40,802 bases of DNA. Origin: Octopus bimaculoides (Eukaryota). Every line of letters starts with the position of its first letter. Position 1 is the stretch's first letter. This document shows, one piece after another, positions 35,838 to 40,802 of this stretch. The stretch is from assembly GCF_001194135.2 (NCBI RefSeq), contig NC_068982.1, positions 68,090,670 to 68,131,471 of the forward strand, read 5' to 3'. The position numbers and the translations under genes were made by a program. The notes beneath the pieces were generated by a model. It was not told the origin of the DNA. It ran no database searches and worked only from the letters and a program-made list of their open reading frames with translations.

Positions 35838-36065
35838 ATGGAGGTGCCTGGCATACTGATTGAAGTGTTGCACTTATGATCATAAGATAGTGGTTTCAAT
35901 TGCTGGACTGGGCAATACATTGTGTTCTTTATCAAAACATATCATTTCACGTTGCTCCACTCCACTCAGTTGGCAAAAGTAATTCTCTGATGGACCAGCA
36001 TTCCATCCAGCAGGGGGATATATACGTCACATAATCTTGGAAACCAGCCTATGAGTTGGAAAGGA
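35838..36065 (+). mobile_element. tRNA-derived SINE, family D
   Basis: gtggtttcaattgctggactggg...ttgtgttctt...catttcacgttgctccactccactcag...gatggaccagcattccatccag; second copy at 36640-36880. Confidence 0.75.
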
Positions 36066-36639
36066 CCTTTGATTCTTTTTGAGATATTAACCAAATTTAA
36101 CCGCTGCTCATTGCCTAACATCTGACATGATTTCTTCCCATTCAAAGAAAAAACTCAAAATTTTAATTTCTTTTTTCAGTTATGCCCTTCTTCCCCCCTT
36201 CCCGTAACTTTTTCGTTTTATTTTATTCGGAATTTTTTCTTTAAATTTAATTTTAAAAATAAATACCAGAAATGGTAATTTAAAATTTTTGAAAAGAAAC
36301 ACTGCTACATAACTTACTTTTATTTTTCATGTCAATTTCTGATATGTAAAGCTGATAAAAATTTCGAAAAATGCCAAAGACGAAAAAGTTACTGAGAATG
36401 AGGAAGAAACCAAAAGACAAAAAGGCGAAGTTAAATTTTAACTTTTCTTATTATATTTTTGAAGAATCATAATCCCAGCTATTTAAAAACAAATGTCTGC
36501 AAAAAAAAAACATAGAAAAAAATCTACAAACTACAAAAAAAAAAAACGTAAAGAAGGGATTTTCTGCCCCGCTCCTCAATTTTTTTTTTTTTTTCCCATG
36601 GCTTTAAACATGCACATCCGAAGAAATTACGAATTTTTG

Positions 36640-36880
36640 GTGCACTAGATAATTTCTGATCGTGCTTTCGGTTCCTAGACCGCGCGGTGCGTTTGTGTTC
36701 TTGAGAAAAACTCTTCATTTCACATTGCTCCAGTCCACTCAGCTGTAAATAGATGAGAAGTTAACTTTGCGACGGACCAGCATCCCATCCAGGGAGGTCT
36801 GTCATGAATTCAGTTATTTACAAGCTATACAAACTGGGTTAAGCTCCGGCTTTATGAGCCATGAAGCTCATGACAGACAG
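36640..36880 (+). mobile_element. tRNA-derived SINE, family D
   Basis: ttgtgttcttgag...catttcacattgctccagtccactcagctg...gacggaccagcatcccatccaggg. Confidence 0.75.
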
Positions 36881-37271
36881 AAATAAAAATATCCGAGTTG
36901 CATATGTCTGATTGAGATTGTCTTTGGGTAATCGATAGAAATTACTATTTTATAACTGTAATAGTAATTATCTAATGACTAGCAGTGTTCGTCGAAATTG
37001 ACAGGATTTACTTGAGCATGGAATAAATTATACAAACATAAAAGTTTATGAAAGAGTATGAAACTGCCTAATGGAATGATACTGAATATCTTGGAGTTTA
37101 ACTTTTGGTAGAAGAGTAATTAGGTAATAAAGAGAAAAGGAGTCAATTTATGCATGTAAGTTTAGTTTGTAAGGTGAATTATCTATCAATAAATATATCT
37201 ATCTTACTATTTCACTGTCTCTTTCCTTTGCCTTTCTAACATTCGTTTCTTAGCTATCTCATAATGTGTAT

Positions 37272-37302
<31 letters not shown>

Positions 37303-38498
37303 TATGAATAGTGTTTTAATAATTACGATTGTAGGGGTGAATACTTAACAATCTTCGTTCAAGTATTGTCTTCTAAAATACGATACCGGAACGAAAATTG
37401 TCAGTTTCATTTGATCATTAGATTCGTTTAATACAAGCTTTATTTATGTGTGCAACCAAATATACGCATACGTATATTATATGTGGATGTATGTATTGCA
37501 TAACAGAACCAACAAGTGACATTCGCTTTTTAGAGAGATAACAGTTACAAAATCGCAATTCATACGATATGTACACTCTTTGTCTATTTTTGCTTTCTTT
37601 CTCATTGTCATTCAAATATTTCTCGTCGTCTCTCCTTCATTTCCAATCAATATTTATCTTATCTGAGCAAAATTATCAATTGCATGGGTTTTCATGAAGA
37701 ACCAATCAATCAATTGATTGATCCGACTGACTTCATAAGTAACAAACTTAAAATGATGTTTGCCGTATTATGCTGTGGCTCCTTTGTATTCCGAGTTAAA
37801 GTGCCGCCAAGGTCGAGTTCGCTTTTCATCTTTCCACTTTCGTAAGATATGTTATAAATCATGTCAATTAAATAGATTATTTAATCTTAAATCTGAAACC
37901 TTATGCCTATGTTACAAATCATTATTTAAAGTTACTGTTTAGTTTTAAACCTTTTAGGTTCAGGGCTGAAACTGCGAACTTTAACCGTTACAGTCTTGGC
38001 ATTATTCAATCCAGGTTGACATTTTTAACCCTTCTAGAAGTGACAACATTAATTACTGGAGAAATGTTCCCCTATTGCTAGCAAAATTAACCTATTTGTA
38101 ATTTATTACCATCTATGACAAATGCTCAAAAATGAAGATGAGCTGACTTCTCACCTGTTATTGTACATATATCACCATTAAACGAAGTCAAGCGATCAGA
38201 CTTATCTTCTTGTCATCCGATTCAATGGTAATGGATGTAACGATAAAGGGAAAATGGTAGACAATATTCTTCAACGTGAGCCGACAGTAATCTCTTGACC
38301 ACACTAGAGCATGTCGCTTGGATGCTATTTTAAGATAAATTCTGTGGTACGTACAACAGTGTAGGTTGTAAGCTCTGTTCAAAATTTATGCGTTTTAACA
38401 TGTAAGTTATGAACATCAGAGCGTCTAGTTCCCCCTCTTTTGTAAAACTAAAGGGCTTGTGTCTACTTTAAAAAAGAAATTAATCACGATTGTTTTAC

Positions 38499-38553
38499 CT
38501 GGAAAGAGGAGTTGTTACTGCGATACTTGGATCTATTTGCATTATTACTGATG
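38499..38553 (-). CDS. Candidate internal exon (55 nt)
   Basis: Acceptor tttgactttttttttttacag| and donor CAG|gtaaaa. Open frames SVIMQIDPSIAVTTPLS or ISNNANRSKYRSNNSSFQ. Confidence 0.3.
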
Positions 38554-38574
38554 CTGTAAAAAAAAAAAGTCAAA

Positions 38575-38760
38575 TGAGTTAGCAGAACCGTTAGAGCGTA
38601 AGACAAAATTTCTTCCGGCTCTTTGCGTTCTGAGTTCAAACCCCATTGAGTTCAACTTTGCCTTTTGGGGTTGATATAAAAGTACCAGTCAAGTACTAGG
38701 GCCGATGGTATCGACTAACCTCCCCACCTCAAAACTGCTGGCCTTGTGCATAAATTAGAA
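38575..38760 (+). mobile_element. Family B SINE
   Basis: gagttagcagaaccgttagagcg...gttctgagttcaaa...caactttgcctt...aagtaccagtcaagtactagg...ggccttgtgcataaattagaa. Confidence 0.8.
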
Positions 38761-39995
38761 GCCATTCTTTATATACATCATCTGTTCTTTATATTCTCCA
38801 TTCGCGCAAGCATACACATGCCCAACACGTCATCCCTTTTTTCATGACTGTGTGTGATTTATGAAAGTACCGTTAGCAATGTCGATTCCTTTTTCCCGTT
38901 GGTTATTTCGAAATTATTGTAAGAATTACAGAACATCACATATCAATGAGCTTTTGTTGCTATTGAAAAGGGTTAATATACAAAGATCATAAAAATAAAA
39001 TAAAGAAGTAAACAAAACTACACCCAGTAAAATAGTATGAAATAAAGTCTTTCTGTATTTAATCCAATTATATATTAAACTTGTACTCATTTAATACTTT
39101 AATCATTCTAAGCTGTAAGGACATGTCTATTTACCGTAAACTTTTTTTTTTTGTTTATTATAGTATGTCCTACCCCCACCTCTATTCCCAGTTTACAATC
39201 GTTTGTCAAGCACACTAGACAAATCGAGATATGCGACTAAGTCAAAAGGAAATTATTGACTTGATAACATTTGATTAAAACATTATGTATTTTACGTCAG
39301 AGAAATAGAGGCAAATAGGTCATACAGGCGACAAGAACTTTTTCGTGTAATAAAAACAAGTGTTACCAATTTGAATTCGTCTCTTGTACAACAGACTGAA
39401 ACTAAGTTCACATGCTCAATTTAGAACAAGAAGAATGTTCAGTGTCTGACTGTAAACTTATTGTCATTTCAAGATTCTGCATAAGAATTATGTCGAAGTT
39501 GATTTTTCATATCATCCTTCCGTTCTCAATAAAATAAGTCTAAGTCACCAGTATTCTAATACATTAGAGACAATTTAACGAACGATATCCGTCTCTTCCA
39601 TAAAATGTGTGCCTTAGCATTGTTTCATTTTAGCATGACTATGATTACGCAACATATCTCTCGGATTCTCAAGTTACTATTGATTTACCTCTCAGTATAG
39701 TATATAGCCAGGGCGAAGTAGAGATGTAAACCTTTTGAAAAAGATAATTACCTCTTTCTTTTGAATAAATTATGGATTGCTTAATACCTTCAAGCTATGG
39801 ATTACTGAATGCCTTTATTTAACATCTTGATATTTCAAAAAGCTTGTAAGTTTTGCTTTTCATTTAAAGAGTTCAGTAAGAAAGCGATCAATAAGATGTT
39901 GTCCTGTTCTAGCAGAAGCCATCTATTCCACTATATACACAAATTTCTTTACATATGTATGTACAAAGAAATGCCTTCTTCAGTTCAGATCTCAC

Positions 39996-40004
39996 CTTTT
40001 GCAA
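39996..40004 (-). CDS. Candidate 9-nt microexon TTGCAAAAG
   Basis: Acceptor ctgttttttttcttcttccag| and donor AAG|gtgaga; length preserves frame. Confidence 0.35.
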
Positions 40005-40187
40005 CTGGAAGAAGAAAAAAAACAGTCCTTTGAAATCCCGCAAAAAAGTCATAGGCTTGGGAAATCCTTCAGCAAATACCTAATTACTTAAGTTAATCAC
40101 TTCTCGATCCTAGCATATAGGTTGACAGGATACAACGCAAAGAGACTTTAATGCACTAACAACTATAATATATATATCTATATATAT

Positions 40188-40400
40188 TCTTTTACTTGTT
40201 TCATTAATTTGACTGCGGCCATGCCTTTAGTCGAATAAATTGACCCCAGGACTTATTCTTTGTAAGCCTAGTACTTATTCTATCGGTGTCTTTTTGCCGA
40301 ACTGCTAAGTGACGGGGACATAAACCCACCAACATCGGTTGTCAAGCGATGGTGGGGGGACAAATAGACACACAAACATATATATACACATACACATATC
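40188..40400 (-). mobile_element. Family A SINE, 3' half
   Basis: ttttacttgtttc...gactgcggccatgc...ccccaggacttattctttgtaagcctagtacttattctatcgg...ggttgtcaagcgatggtggggggacaaa. Confidence 0.85.
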
Positions 40401-40501
40401 TATCTATCGATAGATAGATTCAGATGAATATAGTACTTAAGTTGAGGCACCAGAATTTAGTATTGTATTACCCATACCATTTCAAAGTTAAGGTGATTAA
40501 A

Positions 40502-40778
40502 ATCAAAATTAGCAACAAGGATATCCAGAGGTAATTGCAGTACGATCTTTTCATACAACTCCATTTAATTGAACAGTGCAATCATTACATCAATTTAAAA
40601 TACAGAGCAATCTTCAACTGCACAGACATAGAATTTAATTAAAGCAGAACAGATGGACACATTAGTATAATCGCTCTACATTTTAAATTGATGCAATGAG
40701 TGCATTGTTCAATTACATGGAGTTGCATGAAACGATCGTACTGCATTACCTCTGGATATCCTTGTTGCGTATTTTGAT
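40502..40778. mobile_element. Fold-back / MITE-like element with ~110-bp inverted arms
   Basis: 40502-40611 (atcaaaatt.gcaacaaggatatccagaggtaattgcagtacgatc...caatttaaaat) is the near reverse complement of 40669-40778. Confidence 0.85.
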
Positions 40779-40802
40779 ATATATATATATATATATATAT
40801 AT

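Overview
AT-rich, repeat-dense eukaryotic DNA. The repeat families closely resemble those I associate with octopus/coleoid cephalopod genomes; this assignment is from pattern recognition, not a database search. No protein-coding gene could be identified. Almost all ORFs in the supplied track are microsatellite, low-complexity or transposon artefacts. Well-supported content: the 3' end of an RLE-type (R4/Dong-like) LINE, two RTE LINE fragments, many copies of at least four tRNA-derived SINE-like families, a TTAA-type MITE, a fold-back element, many microsatellites and a 554-nt assembly gap. The most interesting signal is a tRNA-headed SINE at 5950-6251 (minus strand). Its body carries a minimal Penelope-type hammerhead ribozyme motif, it lies beside a second degenerate hammerhead-like motif, and both sit inside an ~890-bp segment bracketed by a perfect 25-bp direct repeat. 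Also notable: alternating CpG-depleted and CpG-retaining domains, an E-box cluster at 23-26 kb, and weakly supported minus-strand exon candidates including a 9-nt microexon.
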